DNA from: the human T2T-CHM13v2.0 reference genome, Homo sapiens
NCBI RefSeq assembly: GCF_009914755.1
Contig: NC_060933.1
Length of the DNA: 64,000 nucleotides
Direction: 5' to 3' (one strand)
This document shows, in pieces, positions 14,040 to 33,186 of the stretch (within the stretch, counting starts at the first letter, position 1; each line of letters begins with the position of its first letter). Below the pieces are notes generated by a model. The model was not told the DNA's origin, did no database searches, and saw only the letters and a program-made list of their open reading frames with translations. The position numbers and the translations under genes were made by a program.

Positions 14040-15073
14040 GAGGAGGAGCCAAGATGGCCGAATAGGAACAGCTCCGGTCTACAGCTCTCAGCGTGAGCGA
14101 CGCAGAAGACCGGTGATTTCTGCATTTCCATCTGAGGTACCGGGTTCATCTCACTAGGGAGTGCCAGACAGTGGGCGCGGGTCAGTGGGTGCAGCGCACT
14201 GTGCGGGAGCCGAAGCAGGGTGAGGCATTGCCTCACTCGGGAAGTGCAAGGGGTCAGGGAGTTCCCTTTCCTAGTCAAAGAAAGGGGTGACGGAGGGTAC
14301 CTGGAAAATCGGGCCACTCCCACGCGAATACTGCGCTTTTCCGACGGGCTTAAAAAACGGCGCATCAGGAGATTATATCCTACACGTGGCTCTGAGGGTC
14401 CTACACCCACCGAGTCTCGCTGACTGCTAGCACAGCAGTCTGAGATCAAACTGCAAGGCGGCAGCTAGGCTGGGGGAGGGGCGCCTGCCATTGCCCAGGC
14501 TTGCTTAGGTAAACAAAGCAGCCGGGAAGCTCGAACTGGGTGGAGCCCACCACAGCTCAAGGAGGCCTGCTGGCCTCTGCAGGCTCCACCTCTGGGGGCA
14601 AGGCACAGACAAACAAAAGACAGCAGTAATCTCTGCAGACTTAAATGTCCCTGTCTGACAGCTTTGAAGAGAGCAGTGGTTCTCCTAGCACGCAGCTGGA
14701 GATCTGAGAACGGGCAGACTGCCTCCTCAAGTGGGTCCCTGACCCCTGACCCCTGAGCGGCCTAACTGGGAGGCACCCTCCAGTAGGGGCAGACTGACAC
14801 CTCACACGGCTGGGTACTCCTCTGAGACAAAACTTCCAGAGGAACGATCAGACAGCAGCATTCGCGGTTCACGAAACACCACTGTTCTGCAGACACCCCT
14901 GCTGATACCCAGGCAAACAGAGTCTGGAGTGGACCTCTAGCAAACTCCAACAGACCTGCAGCTGAGGGTCCTGTCTGTTAGAAGGAAAACTAACAAACAG
15001 AAAGGACATCCACACCAAAAACCTATCTGTACATCACCATCATCAAAGACCAAAAGTAGATAAAACCACAAAG
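14040..15073 (+). promoter_or_regulatory. L1 5'UTR internal promoter, antisense promoter region and intact YY1 site
   Basis: YY1 motif AAGATGGCC at 14051-14059. About 29 CpGs counted in 14041-14540 in an otherwise CpG-poor window. Confidence 0.8.
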
Positions 15074-16088
15074 ATGGGGAAAAAAACAGAGCAGAAAAAC
15101 TGGAAACTCTAAAAAGCAGAGCACCTCTCCTCCTCCAAAGGAACACAGTTCCTCACCAGCAATGGAACAAAGCTGGATGGAGAATGACTTTGACGAGTTG
15201 AGAGAAGAAGGCTTCAGATGATCAAACTACGAGCTACAGGAGGAAATTCAAACCAAAGGCAGAGAAGTTAAAAACTTTGAAAAAAATTCAGATGAATGTA
15301 TAACTAGAATAACCAATACAGAGAAGTGCTTAAAGGAGATGATGGAGCTGAAAGCCAAGGTTTGAGAACTACGTGAAGAATGCAGAAGCCTCAGGAGCCG
15401 ATGCGATCAACTGGAAGAAAGGGTATCAGTGATGGAAGATGAAATGAATGAAATGAAGCGAGAAGGGAAGTTTAGAGAAAAAAGAATAAAAAGAAATGAA
15501 CAAAGCCTCCAAGAAATATGGGACTATGTAAAAAGACCAAATCTACGTCTGATTGGTGTACCTGAAAGTGACGGGGAGAATGGAACCAAGTTGGAAAACA
15601 CTCTGCAGGATATTATCCAGGAGAACTTCCCCAATCTAGCAAGGCAGGCCAACATTCAAATTCAGGAAATACAGAGAACGCCACAAAGATACTCCTCAAG
15701 AGGAGCAACTCCAAGACACATAATTGTTAGGTTCACCAAAGTTGAAATGAAGGAAAAAATGTTAAGGGCAGCCAGAGAGAAAGGTTGGGTTACCCACAAA
15801 GGGAAGCCCATCAGACTAACAGCAGATCTCTCGGCAGAAACTCTACAAGCCGGAAGAGATTAGGGGCCAATATTCAACATTCTTAAAGAAAAGAATTTTC
15901 AACCCAGAATTTCATATCCAGCCAAACTAAGCTTCATAAGTGAAGAAGAAATAAAATCCTTTACAGACAAGCAAATGCTGAGAGATTTTGTCACCACCAG
16001 GCCTGCCCTACAAGAGCTCCTGAAGGAAGCACTAAACATGGAAAGGAACAACCGGCACCAGCTGCTGCAACATCATGCCAAAATGTAA
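15074..16088 (+). pseudogene. L1 ORF1p (disrupted)
   Basis: ATG at 15074 followed by 7 A's instead of 6 (frameshift). In-frame stops TGA 15219-15221 and TAG 15861-15863. ORF1p motifs (WDYVKRPNLRLIGVPE) present. Confidence 0.95.
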
Positions 16089-16151
16089 AGACCATCGAGA
16101 CTAGGTACAAACTGCATCAACTAATGAGCAAAATAACCAGCTAACATCATA

Positions 16152-19976
<3,825 letters not shown>

Positions 19977-20318
19977 ACAATGAGAACACATGGACACAGG
20001 AAGGGGAACATCACACTCTGGGGACTGTTGTGGGGTCGGGGGAGGGGGGAGAGATAGCATTAGGAGATATACCTAATGCTAGATGACGAGTTAGTGGGTG
20101 CAGCAAACCAGCATGTCACATGTATACATATGTAACTAACGTGCACGTTGTGCACCTGTACCCTAAAACTTAAAGTATAATAATAATAATAAAAGACATA
20201 CCTTAAATATTTGTTATCAAGATTAAATGAGATAGTACATGAGAATCCATTAGCAAAGTCTCTGGAACTCAAGAAGCGTTTAATGAAAGGCAAACATATT
20301 TCTGCTTCCGCTATCACC

Positions 20319-20342
20319 ATCATCATCATCATCATCATCATC
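20319..20342 (+). repeat. (ATC)n microsatellite
   Basis: About 8 tandem ATC/CAT units. Confidence 0.9.
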
Positions 20343-20429
20343 CCAGTTCTTGTTATCTATAGTATGATGCCAACTGTAAAGGAAACACAGAACTCACAGT
20401 TAATACAGGGATACCGACAAGAAAATGTT

Positions 20430-20640
20430 ATGAGTTATCTATTGCTCCATAACAAATCACGCCAAAACTTGGTGTCCTAAAACCATCATTTTTTTTTCAT
20501 GCTTAGAGGCAGGGTATGTCAGAAATTGGGAACTGGATTAAAGAGACAACTTTCTCTGCTCCACTGTGTCTGGGACTTTATCCAGGAAGACTTGAATCAT
20601 GGGGATGATTCAACATTTGGGACTGGAATTATTTTGAGTG
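20430..20640 (-). mobile_element. MLT1-type MaLR LTR fragment
   Basis: AGTTATCTATTGCT..ATAACAAATCAC.CCAAAACTTGGTG..TAAAAC is the typical antisense MLT1 3' end. Confidence 0.65.
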
Positions 20641-21593
20641 TTTTTTACAAAAGATGAGTAAGGAAGAAAGAGTCTTTGGAAATGAAGACAAAGGGAGAAG
20701 GGTGGCAAATGAATGAGTGTCTTTGGATGAGATTAATAACATTTTAAAGTCATCGTTTTATGGAAAATGGAAAAACAATGGACAGAAGGCTGTGATTTTA
20801 CTGCTTTGTCAGCATTGACCAGTCTTATTCTCTTCTCTCCTTTCCTCTTATGGGCTTAAATCATCTGTGGTGGTAGTTTCTGGGTTGTTCTTTCTCTTTC
20901 TGTATGCTTTTTCTTTTCTGATTTTTTAAAGGGATTTTGTTAGATTTGTCTCCATACATTTTGCTTCCTTGGTGATGTGTCATAAAGAGCATTGGTCAGA
21001 ATGGCCAAGTCGTCATTCTGGAGTGAGGGCAGGATTAGTGTGTTTAAAAAGTAGTCAAATAGCCAGTTTGCTCTTCTTTAATGCACCTCATAGACACACA
21101 TATTTTTGTTCTATGGACTGGGCAATGTAATCTTATGACAGTGCCAACCTTTCATTGAGTGGCTTCCACCTTTAGGGACAAAGTTGAACATTGTCAAGAT
21201 GTACTGAAATAAAGTGGGATTTTAGGACATAAGGCATAAGATAGGTTGGTTGCTTGACTAACTCAAGCAGAAAGATACCTAAAGTGTTCAAAATACAGAG
21301 CATATGAAAGGATTGAGTTGAATAAAATAAGATAGGCTGAATAAGTATTTAATGATAGGTCATACATTATTTTATTTACTTACTATATAACCAGTAATAC
21401 TCTAAGTACTAACATGAGAGAGAAAGGGCAAGAAAATGAGAGTAAGAGCACATGCAGAAGTCTAGATTAAAGGAGACTAGTAGAGAAAAATAACCCAAAT
21501 AATCATTCAGATGATTTAGAATTTAAAATTTAAACCAATTAAATATTAGATAAGAAAGATAAAATGTTAAAATAATAGATTGTGCATGGTGTG

Positions 21594-21624
21594 CACACAC
21601 ACAAACACACACACACACACACAC
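21594..21624 (+). repeat. (CA)n microsatellite
   Basis: Interrupted CA run. Confidence 0.9.
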
Positions 21625-21884
21625 AGAGACACCTGAAGTATGCAATCATTACAATAATATTAAATGACATGAGAAAATGATCACAACATTCCGTGGAAGA
21701 TGTAGATAAAACCGTACAGTATAATTCAAATCCCATGAAAACATATGTATACAGGAAAAATTTGGAAACAAATATTTGAAATTTATTAAAATATTGAGCA
21801 GATATTACTGTTTATCAGAATGACAGGTTATTTTAAAGTTTTCCTTCTTTCTTTATATATACTTTTTAACTTTAAAAATATATA

Positions 21885-23456
21885 CTTTTAAATTTACATA
21901 GGTTATTGGGGAACAGGTGGTGTTTGGTCACAAGAGTAAGTTCTTTAGTGGTGCTTTGTAAGATTTTGGTGCTCCCAACACCCAAGCAGTATACACTGAA
22001 TCTTATTTGTAGTCTTTTATCCCTCATTCCCTTCCCACCCTTTCCCCCCAAAGTCCATTGTGTTTTTCTTATGCCTTTGCATTTTCATAGCTTAGCTCAC
22101 ACTTTTGAGTGAGAATATACAATGTTTGGTTTTCCATTCCTGAGTTACTTCACTTAGAATAATAGTCTCCAATCACATCCACGTAGCAGTGAATGCCATT
22201 AATTTATTCCTTTTTATGGCTGAGTAGTATTCCATCATATATATATATATCACAATTTCTTTATCCACTCATTGATTGATGGGCATTTGTGTTGCTTCCA
22301 TATTTTTGCAATTACGAATTGTGCTGCTATAAACATGCAAGTGCAAGTATCTTTTTCATAGAATGACTTATTTTCCTCCGGTTAGATACCCAGTAGTGAG
22401 ATTGCTGGATCAAATGATAGTTATACTTGTAGTTCTTTAAGGCATCTTCATACTGTTATCCGTAGTGATTGTACTAGTTTACATTCCCACCAGCAGTGTA
22501 GAAGTGTTCCCTGTTCACCACATCCATGCCAAACTCAACTATTTTTTATTTTTTTATTATGCACATTCTTGCAGGAGTAAAGTGGTATTGCATTGTGGTT
22601 TTGATTTATATTTCCATGATCATTAGTGATGTTGAGCATTTTTTCATACATTTGTTGGCCATTTGGATATCTTCTTTTGAGAATTATCTATTCATGTCCT
22701 TAGCCCAGTTTTTGATGGAATTGTTGGTTTTTTCTTGCTGATTTGTTTGTGTTCATTGTAGATTCTGGGTATTATTCCTTCATCAGATGTATTGATTGTG
22801 AAGATTTTCTCCCACTCTGTGGGTTGTCTGTTTACTCTGCTGTTTCTTTTGCCATATAAAAGCTCTTTAGTTAAATTATTTCCTAGCTATTTATCTTTGT
22901 TTTTATTGAATTTGCTTTTGGGTTCTTGGTCATAAAATCCTTGCCTAAGCCAATGTCTATAAGGGTTTTTTCAATGTTATCTTCTAGAATTTTTATAGTT
23001 TCAGGTCTTAAAGTCCTTAATCCATTTTTTGCTAGTTTTTGTATAAAGCGAGAGATGAGAATCCAGTTTCATTCTCCTACATGTGGCCAGACAATTATCC
23101 CAGCACCATTTGTTGAAAAGGGTGTCCTTTCCCCACTTTATGTTTTTGTTTGCTTTGTCGAAGATCAGTTGACTGTAAGTACTTGGGTTTATTTCTGCAT
23201 TCTCTATTCTGTTCTATTGATACATGTGCCTATTTTTACACCAGTACCATGCTGTTTTGGTGACTATCGCCTTATAGTACAGTTTGAAATCATGTAAAGT
23301 GATACTTCCAGATTTATTATTTTTGCTTAGTCTTGGTTTGGCTATGTGGGCTCTTTTTTGGTTCCATATGAATTTTAGAATTTTTTTTTCTAATTCTGTG
23401 AAGAATGATGGTGGTATTTTGATGGGAATTTCACTGAATTTGTAGATTGCTTTTGG
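21885..23456 (-). mobile_element. 5'-truncated L1PB1-like element
   Basis: Antisense L1PB 3'UTR (TTGGGGAACAGGTGGTGTTTGGT...AAGTTCTTTAGTGGTG) followed by the ORF2 C-terminus. Confidence 0.88.
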
Positions 23457-23465
23457 CCCTATGTT

Positions 23466-25987
<2,522 letters not shown>

Positions 25988-28069
25988 ACTGCAGCTTCCC
26001 TTGAGCCCACAGCAATTGCTGGTCCATATCTGCACAGGTGGGTTTTGCATTACTTGCCCTACCAGCATGAGGGAGTTCAGTAATGCCCCCTCACCCCACT
26101 CCCTGACCATCATTTCAGATGTAGCCTTGGAAAGCACAGAGCCAGCAAACCCTGCCCTCACCAACATCCTGTCCTTGAGCTAATACTGCACAGAGAACAA
26201 AGAATCCTCCCACATCATGAACGACCCTTCCTGCTTGTGGGACACAGAGTAGGCACCCAGACCGGCACCAGACAGCATCTAGCTCCTAGCCAATACCACC
26301 TCCAGTGCGACAGCGCATAGTCTCCAGCAGGCCCACTCATCTGCCCCCCAACTGCCTTGCCTCCACCACTGTGGTGAAGGCTTGCAGGGAGGCAGCATCC
26401 TTGCATCCTCTAGCACTCTGCTGCAGTTGTGACACCTCAGTCCCTGCAGTGCAGGGGACTCCAAACCTTGAGGAGCCAGAGAACAATGTCAGGGACCAAA
26501 ATAAGCCCCCAGAATTAGGGCATGCAGTCCAGGAGTTGGGAGCTGAACTTTGGGCCCCTAAAATCACCCAGAAATGGAGCCAGTTGGCTAAATTCACCTT
26601 ATGTCACAATCAAACCTTCAGGGTCATCAAATAGGATAAAAGAAAAAAAAATCCAAAGCTCAAAAATCTCTAAGATTGAACGTAGATAAGCCCACAAAGA
26701 TAAAAAAAGATTCAGTGCAAGAACGCTGAAAACTCAAAAAGCCAGAGTGCCTTCTTTCGTCCAAATGACCACATCATTGCTCTAGCAAGGCTTTGGAACC
26801 AGGCTGAGGCTGAGATGGTTGAAGTGAAAGAAGTCGAATTCAGGCAATGGATAGGTATGATGTTCATTGAGCTACAGGAGTACATTGTAACCCAACGCAA
26901 GGAAACTAAAAGTCATGACAAAACATTGCAAGAACTGAAAGAAAAAATAGCCAGTATAGAGAAGAATGTAACCAACCTGATAGAGCTGAAAAACACATTG
27001 CAAATATTTCATAATGCAATCACAAGTATTAATAGCAGAATAGATCAAGCAGAGAAAATAATCTCAGAGCTTGAAAACTTGCTTCTAAAATAAGACAGGC
27101 AGATATGAATACAGAAAAAAATCAAAAGGAATGAACAAAACCTCTGAGAAATATGGGATTATGTAAAGAGACCAAATCTATGACTGAGTGGTATTCCTGA
27201 AAGAGATGGGAAGAATGGAACTAACTTTGAAAACATATTTCAGGATATCATCCATGAGAACTTCCCCAACCTAGCTACAGATGCCAACATTCAAATGCAG
27301 GAAATACAGAGAACCCCAGTAAGAGACTCCACAAGAAGATTATCCCCAAGACACATGATCATCAAATTCTCCAAGGTTGAAATAAAAGAAAAACTGTTAA
27401 AGGCAGCTAGAGAGAAAGGCCAGGTTACATACAAAGGGAAGTCCATTGGACTAACAGCAAAATTCTCAGGTGAAACCCTACAAGTCAGAAGAAATTGGGT
27501 GCCAACGTTCAAAATTCTTAAAGGAAAGAAATTCCAACCCAGAATTTTATATCTGGCCAAACTAAGCTTCATAAATGAAGGAGAAATAATGTCCTTTTCA
27601 GACAAGCAAATGCTGAGGGCATTTGTTACTACAAAACCTGCCTTACAAGAGCTCCTGAAGGAAGCACTAAATATGGGAAGGGAAGACCCTTACCAGCCGC
27701 TACAAAAACACTATAAAGCAACCACGTAAACAAGTCTGTGAAATAACCAGCTAACATTATGATGAAAGAATCAAATCCACACATACCAATACTAACTTTA
27801 AATGTAAATGGGCTAAATGACCCAATTAAATGACACAGAGTGGCAAGCTGGATAAAGAACCAAGACCCACTGGGGAATACTGTCTTCAAGAGACCATCTC
27901 AAATGCAGTGACACACATTCGTTCAAGATAAAGGGTTAGAGAAAAATCTATCAAGCAAATGGAAAATAGAAAAAAGCAAGGGTTGGAATCATAGTTTCCG
28001 ACAAAACAGAGTTTAAACCGACAAAGATCTAAAAAGACAAGTAAGGGCATTATATAATGGCAAATGGTT
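25988..28069 (+). mobile_element. Inverted L1 5' segment (partial 5'UTR, ORF1, start of ORF2), L1PA13-age
   Basis: ORF1p-like frames at 26815-27093 and 27295-27729. ORF2 EN start at ~27762, ending at GGGCATTATATAATGG..GGTT. Abuts the antisense segment directly. Confidence 0.88.
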
Positions 28070-29024
28070 TTTAACTATAATATTTCAATGTTCAAAAATA
28101 CATATTTTTCTAATTAGTAATTAAGTAAAAGCTACTATTTATAAATATGTTAATGGCTATATATCATGATAGGTCTATAAAAGATCCATGTCCTATGGAA
28201 TTCTTATAGATAAAACGAGGGTTAATGGGTGGATTCTTTTTACAAGCTAAATTGGTTTAATTATTGCAATTTATTCTCAAAAATTAGAGCTTGAATACTT
28301 AAATTTATAAAAATTAAGAATGCCTTAGTAATTGCTGAATTGATAGTAGATAGGTTTGTGGTTTGATTCAAGCCCTCAGATGAGAATTAATTAACACAAT
28401 CTTCCAGCCTTGAGATATCTTGATTTTTAAGTAGGAGATATGTCAGCTCTTCCTATTGCTTGTAATCCAACTGGAAATTCCAAATAACCTTTAAAGTATA
28501 GGTACATTTTCCAAGTTACTGTTCATTGCATCTTTTAAAATGTGATATATTGATAGACCTGTTAAATATCTCAGAGGAAAACTGATAAATCCCAATAATA
28601 TCATTGCTGTTGAAACATTTCCATGTTAGGCAAGATCAGGGAATGCTGAAAATATCAAAAAAGGAGATGAATTATTTGATTGCATAGATAATTTCCTAGT
28701 GCAGCCAAAATATTCTGAAAATATACTTTGGGCCAGATACATGTCTTAAATGACACAGCAAAAATTTAAACAGAAGACAGGGAAAAAATATCAAGGACGT
28801 TTTGTGGGTTTGTTGTTTATTAAAAATTTTTAAAGGTGTTTTTTCCAGAATAAATTATAATGCTTATTTAAATTGTAAGGTATTACAACTTGAGAATTAT
28901 GACACTCTGCTCACTTTGAGATAATGATTGTTGTTTCTTTTAATTCTTCAAAGTGATTTTTATAAAACCTAGTTAGATCTCATGTAGTTTTTAATTGATT
29001 AACCCTAAGAAAATTAAAAGACTC

Positions 29025-29140
29025 CGTTCATGTACATGACGATTATTCATGTAGGAAACTCTAAGCAATCTACAAAAATGAAACTGACAGCTTAATAAGT
29101 TAACTTAAGTAGACGATGGGATTTCTGGTCAATATACAAA
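29025..29140 (+). mobile_element. Old L1M ORF2 (RT region) fragment
   Basis: ATGACGATTATTCATGTAGGAAACTCTAAGCAATCTACAAAAA...GGTCAATATACAAAA. Confidence 0.6.
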
Positions 29141-29174
29141 ACAAACAAACAAACAACAAAAAAAAAACAGTTAT

Positions 29175-30415
29175 TGGGCATGCATTGCTTAACAGGGATA
29201 CATTCTGAGAAATGAGTCCATAGGCAATTTCATTATTGTGTGAACATAACTGAATATGCTTGCACAAACCTAGATAGTATAACCTATTACACACCTAGGA
29301 CATATGGTATAGCCTAGTACTCCTAGGCTACAAACTTGCACAACATATTACTGTACTGTATGCTGTAGGTAATCGGAACACAATGGTAAGTATTGGTGTA
29401 TCTAAAATAGAAAGTGTACAGTTAAAATATGGTATAAACAATAAAAATGGTACACCTGTATAATCAGTTACCATGAAAGGAGCTTGCAGGAATGGAATGG
29501 AAGTTGCTCTGGGTAAGTCAGTGAGTGAGTGGTAAGTCAGTGAGTGAGTGGTAAGTCAGTGCAAAGGCCTGGGACATTACTATACAGTACTGTAGACTTT
29601 ATAAACATTGGACACTTAGGTCACACTAAACTTATAAAACAATTTTTTTTCAACAAAGAAAGATTTTTCTTTCCTCAATAATGAAACTTTAACTTGCTGT
29701 AACATTTTTACATTATAAACTTTTTAATTTCTTAACCTTTTGACTCTTAATAACACTCAGCTTAAAACACAAATAAATTGTATAGCTGTACACAAATATT
29801 CTTTCTTTATATCATAATTCTATAAGCTTTTCCTGATTTAAAAAAATTAATATTTCACTTTTTTTTTTTTTTTTTACTTTTTAAACTCCTTTGTTAAAAG
29901 CTAAGACACAAACACACGTATTACCCTAGGCCTACACGGGGCCAACATAATCAATATCACTGTCTTCCACCTCCACAGCTTGTCCCACCGGAAGGTCTTG
30001 AAGGGCAACAGCACGCATGGAGCTGTCATCTACTGTGATAACAATGCCTTCTTCTGGAGCACATCCTGAAGGACCAGCCTGAGGCTGTTTTACAATTAAC
30101 TTCTTTTTAATAAGTAGAAAGAGTACACTCTAAAATAATGATTAAAAGTATAGTAAATACAAAAACCAGTAACAGTCATTTATTATCACTATCAAGTATT
30201 ATGTACTGTATGTACTTACATGTGTTATACTTTTATATGACTGGTAGTGAAGTAGATTTGCTTATACCTGCATTACCACAAACAGTTCAGTAATGCATTT
30301 AGAATGACTATGATGTCACTAGGCAATAGAAAATTTTCAGCTCCACTATAATGTTATGGCAATGTCTTCATACATGTGGTCCATTGTTGATCAAATGTCA
30401 TGTGGCACATGACTG
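29175..30415 (+). mobile_element. Tigger3b-like TcMar DNA transposon (non-autonomous, ~1.24 kb)
   Basis: Start CATGCATTGCTTAACAGGGATACATTCTGAGAAATG, internal CACAAACCTAGAT...CCTAGGCTACAAAC, end GCACATGACTG followed by TA. Confidence 0.88.
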
Positions 30416-30529
30416 TATATCCCTTTAGCCTACAGTACTTGTTTTATAATTCCTTTTAGTTTACATTAATAAAAGGAATTATTTATTTCTATCTAAAATT
30501 TATTTATTTTACCTAAATTACTTAATGTT

Positions 30530-30975
30530 TTCTTTTATCAGCTTTTACAAGGTATAATTTACATACAACAAAATTCACCCTAATTATCATACAGTTTTGG
30601 GGGCCTTGACAAATGCTTATAATCATGTAATCATCACCACAATCAACATAGAGAACAATTTTATCAGCTTTCATAATTACCCTGTGCCCCTTTGTAGTCA
30701 ATTTATCTTGCCACCCCTAATTCCTGGCAACTACTGATCTGTATTATTTTCTATAGTTTTACCTTTTCAAGAAAGTCATACAACTGGAATCTGCAGCATG
30801 TGACTACTTAAGTCTGTTTCTATCACTTAGCAAAATGCATTTCAGTTTTATCCATGTTGTTGCTGTATCAATTCCACTTGTTCCTTTTTTGCTGGGAAGT
30901 ATACCATTGTATGCCTATACTATAGTTTATCCATTACTCAGTTGAGTGGCATCTTGGTTGTTTCAGTTTGTGTGG
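30530..30975 (-). mobile_element. L1ME-type 3' end fragment
   Basis: AGGTATAATTTACATACAACAAAATTCACCC...CCTGGCAACTACTGATCTG antisense L1M 3'UTR. Confidence 0.75.
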
Positions 30976-32660
30976 GTCTTCATTTGTACCCTAAGGGAGA
31001 TTCACCCCTTCCTCCGAAATGTAAGCCTTTTATTCTCTGGAAAGATAGAGAAGAGTAATTCAGGTGAAGCTTTGTACTTTTCCAGCAATAGTTGCTGTTC
31101 CTTCCTCCCAAAACTGCACCACAAGGAGGTTTTCTCAGATCTCTTGCCCTGTCCCTGATCCTTTGAGCACTGGGTAAAATCTCTGAGGAAGGATCTGCAA
31201 GTGGTTGAAAACCTCCTTTGTGTCTGTGGTTCATAGGAGTTCTGTGTATTCTTTCTAGCCCAAGCTCAACCTTTAGCAGCCTTTGTTAAACATTTACCTA
31301 AATTTTTATTAGCAGTTTGTATGGAATCTGTCATCTTCTCCAAGGTAGCAACTACTATGTCTTATCTCTCTTTGGCTGTACTTGTCTTTCTTAGATTTTG
31401 GGTTAGCTGTTTTTCCTGTGACCACAACTCTTTGATGGGTTCAAGAAAAGTTCTGACTTTTTAGATTATACAGTGTGTTTTTTGTTGTTGTCATCTATGT
31501 AGGAGTAATGCTCTATTCAGCTTTCTACATCTGAAACAGGAGCCAGAAGAAAACTCACGTTCAAAACTCATGTTGAAAGACTATTTCAGCCACGTGTATG
31601 TTATCTTTCAACACTATGCATGTCACTCAATTATTTTTGGCTTTCAGTCTTTTTCATGAGAAGTAAACCATACCTCTTATCATTGTTCATCTCTATGGAG
31701 TGTTCCTGACTTCTCTGGCTGCCTCCAGGATTTCTTTTTAATCTTTGATTTTTGGCACTTTGACTAAAGTGTACCTAGATTTGTTTTTCTTTTCATTTAT
31801 TCTGTTTGGGGTTCTCTGATTTTCTGGAGTATGTGAGCTATTATTGGCCGATAATTTAAAAAAATTTTTTTTGACTATTACTAATTCAAATATCTTATTA
31901 CCCACTCTTTTCTTCACCAAGGACTCTTTTTGCATTCATGCTAGATTGTTATATATTGTCCCATAGATCTTGAATGTTTCATTCAATTTTTCATGATTTT
32001 TGCTTTTTGTATTTCAGTTTAGTGAATTTCAATAGCACTGTATTCAGTTTAGTTGATCCTTTCTTGTATTGAAACTATGCGCTGATAAGGTTTTTGATGA
32101 AACTCTTTATTTCTCACTATTTTTATTTCTAGTATCTCAGGATTTTAAAAAATAGTTTTTATCTATCTGTTGAAATTCTCTATCTGTTCTTCATGTCATC
32201 TATCCCTAACATTTTAGCCAAATAATATTTCTATTTAATAATTTTAAAGTCCCATCTGATAATCCAATATCTGTGCCACATTTGAATTTTTTCCCTCTGA
32301 CTATTTTATCTTTTGGTAACACATGATATTTGTTTGATATTTTTTGTATTTCACAATTCTTATTGAATGCCAGACTTTTAACAAAACCAGAGACTAAAGT
32401 AAATAATAGTTATGCCCAGAAATGTGAAAGTGTCTTATTCTGTCACGGTGTTATTGTGGAGGGTTGAATCAACCTAATTTGTATACAAGTTTGCTTTATA
32501 CTTAGCTTTGTTGCACTACAGGTTTCAATGAATTTTTGAAGTGATATTCTGTTCATACTTTGTTTTAGTGTGAAGCCTGTAATGTCAAAGAGTTGTTTTT
32601 TTTTTTCTGTATTCTGTTCCTTCATTAGATTTCAGCAAGCACTGCATTTCTACACCATAA

Positions 32661-33074
<414 letters not shown>

Positions 33075-33186
33075 TAGGAAGAATTCTGCCTCAATATTAG
33101 GCAGGCTCTGTGTGTATCTGACCTCAGGTAATCAGTGGGACTCCTTCAACATCCTTGCTTTTCCTCCAACATCAAACAGTTATGCA

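Noticed and set aside
20060-20341. ORF beginning with poly-Met
   Set aside because: Artefact of the (ATC)n microsatellite read into antisense L1 3'UTR.
29512-29561. Short direct repeats considered as a CRISPR-like array
   Set aside because: The repeats are head-to-tail with no unique spacers, the context is a primate transposon and there are no cas genes.
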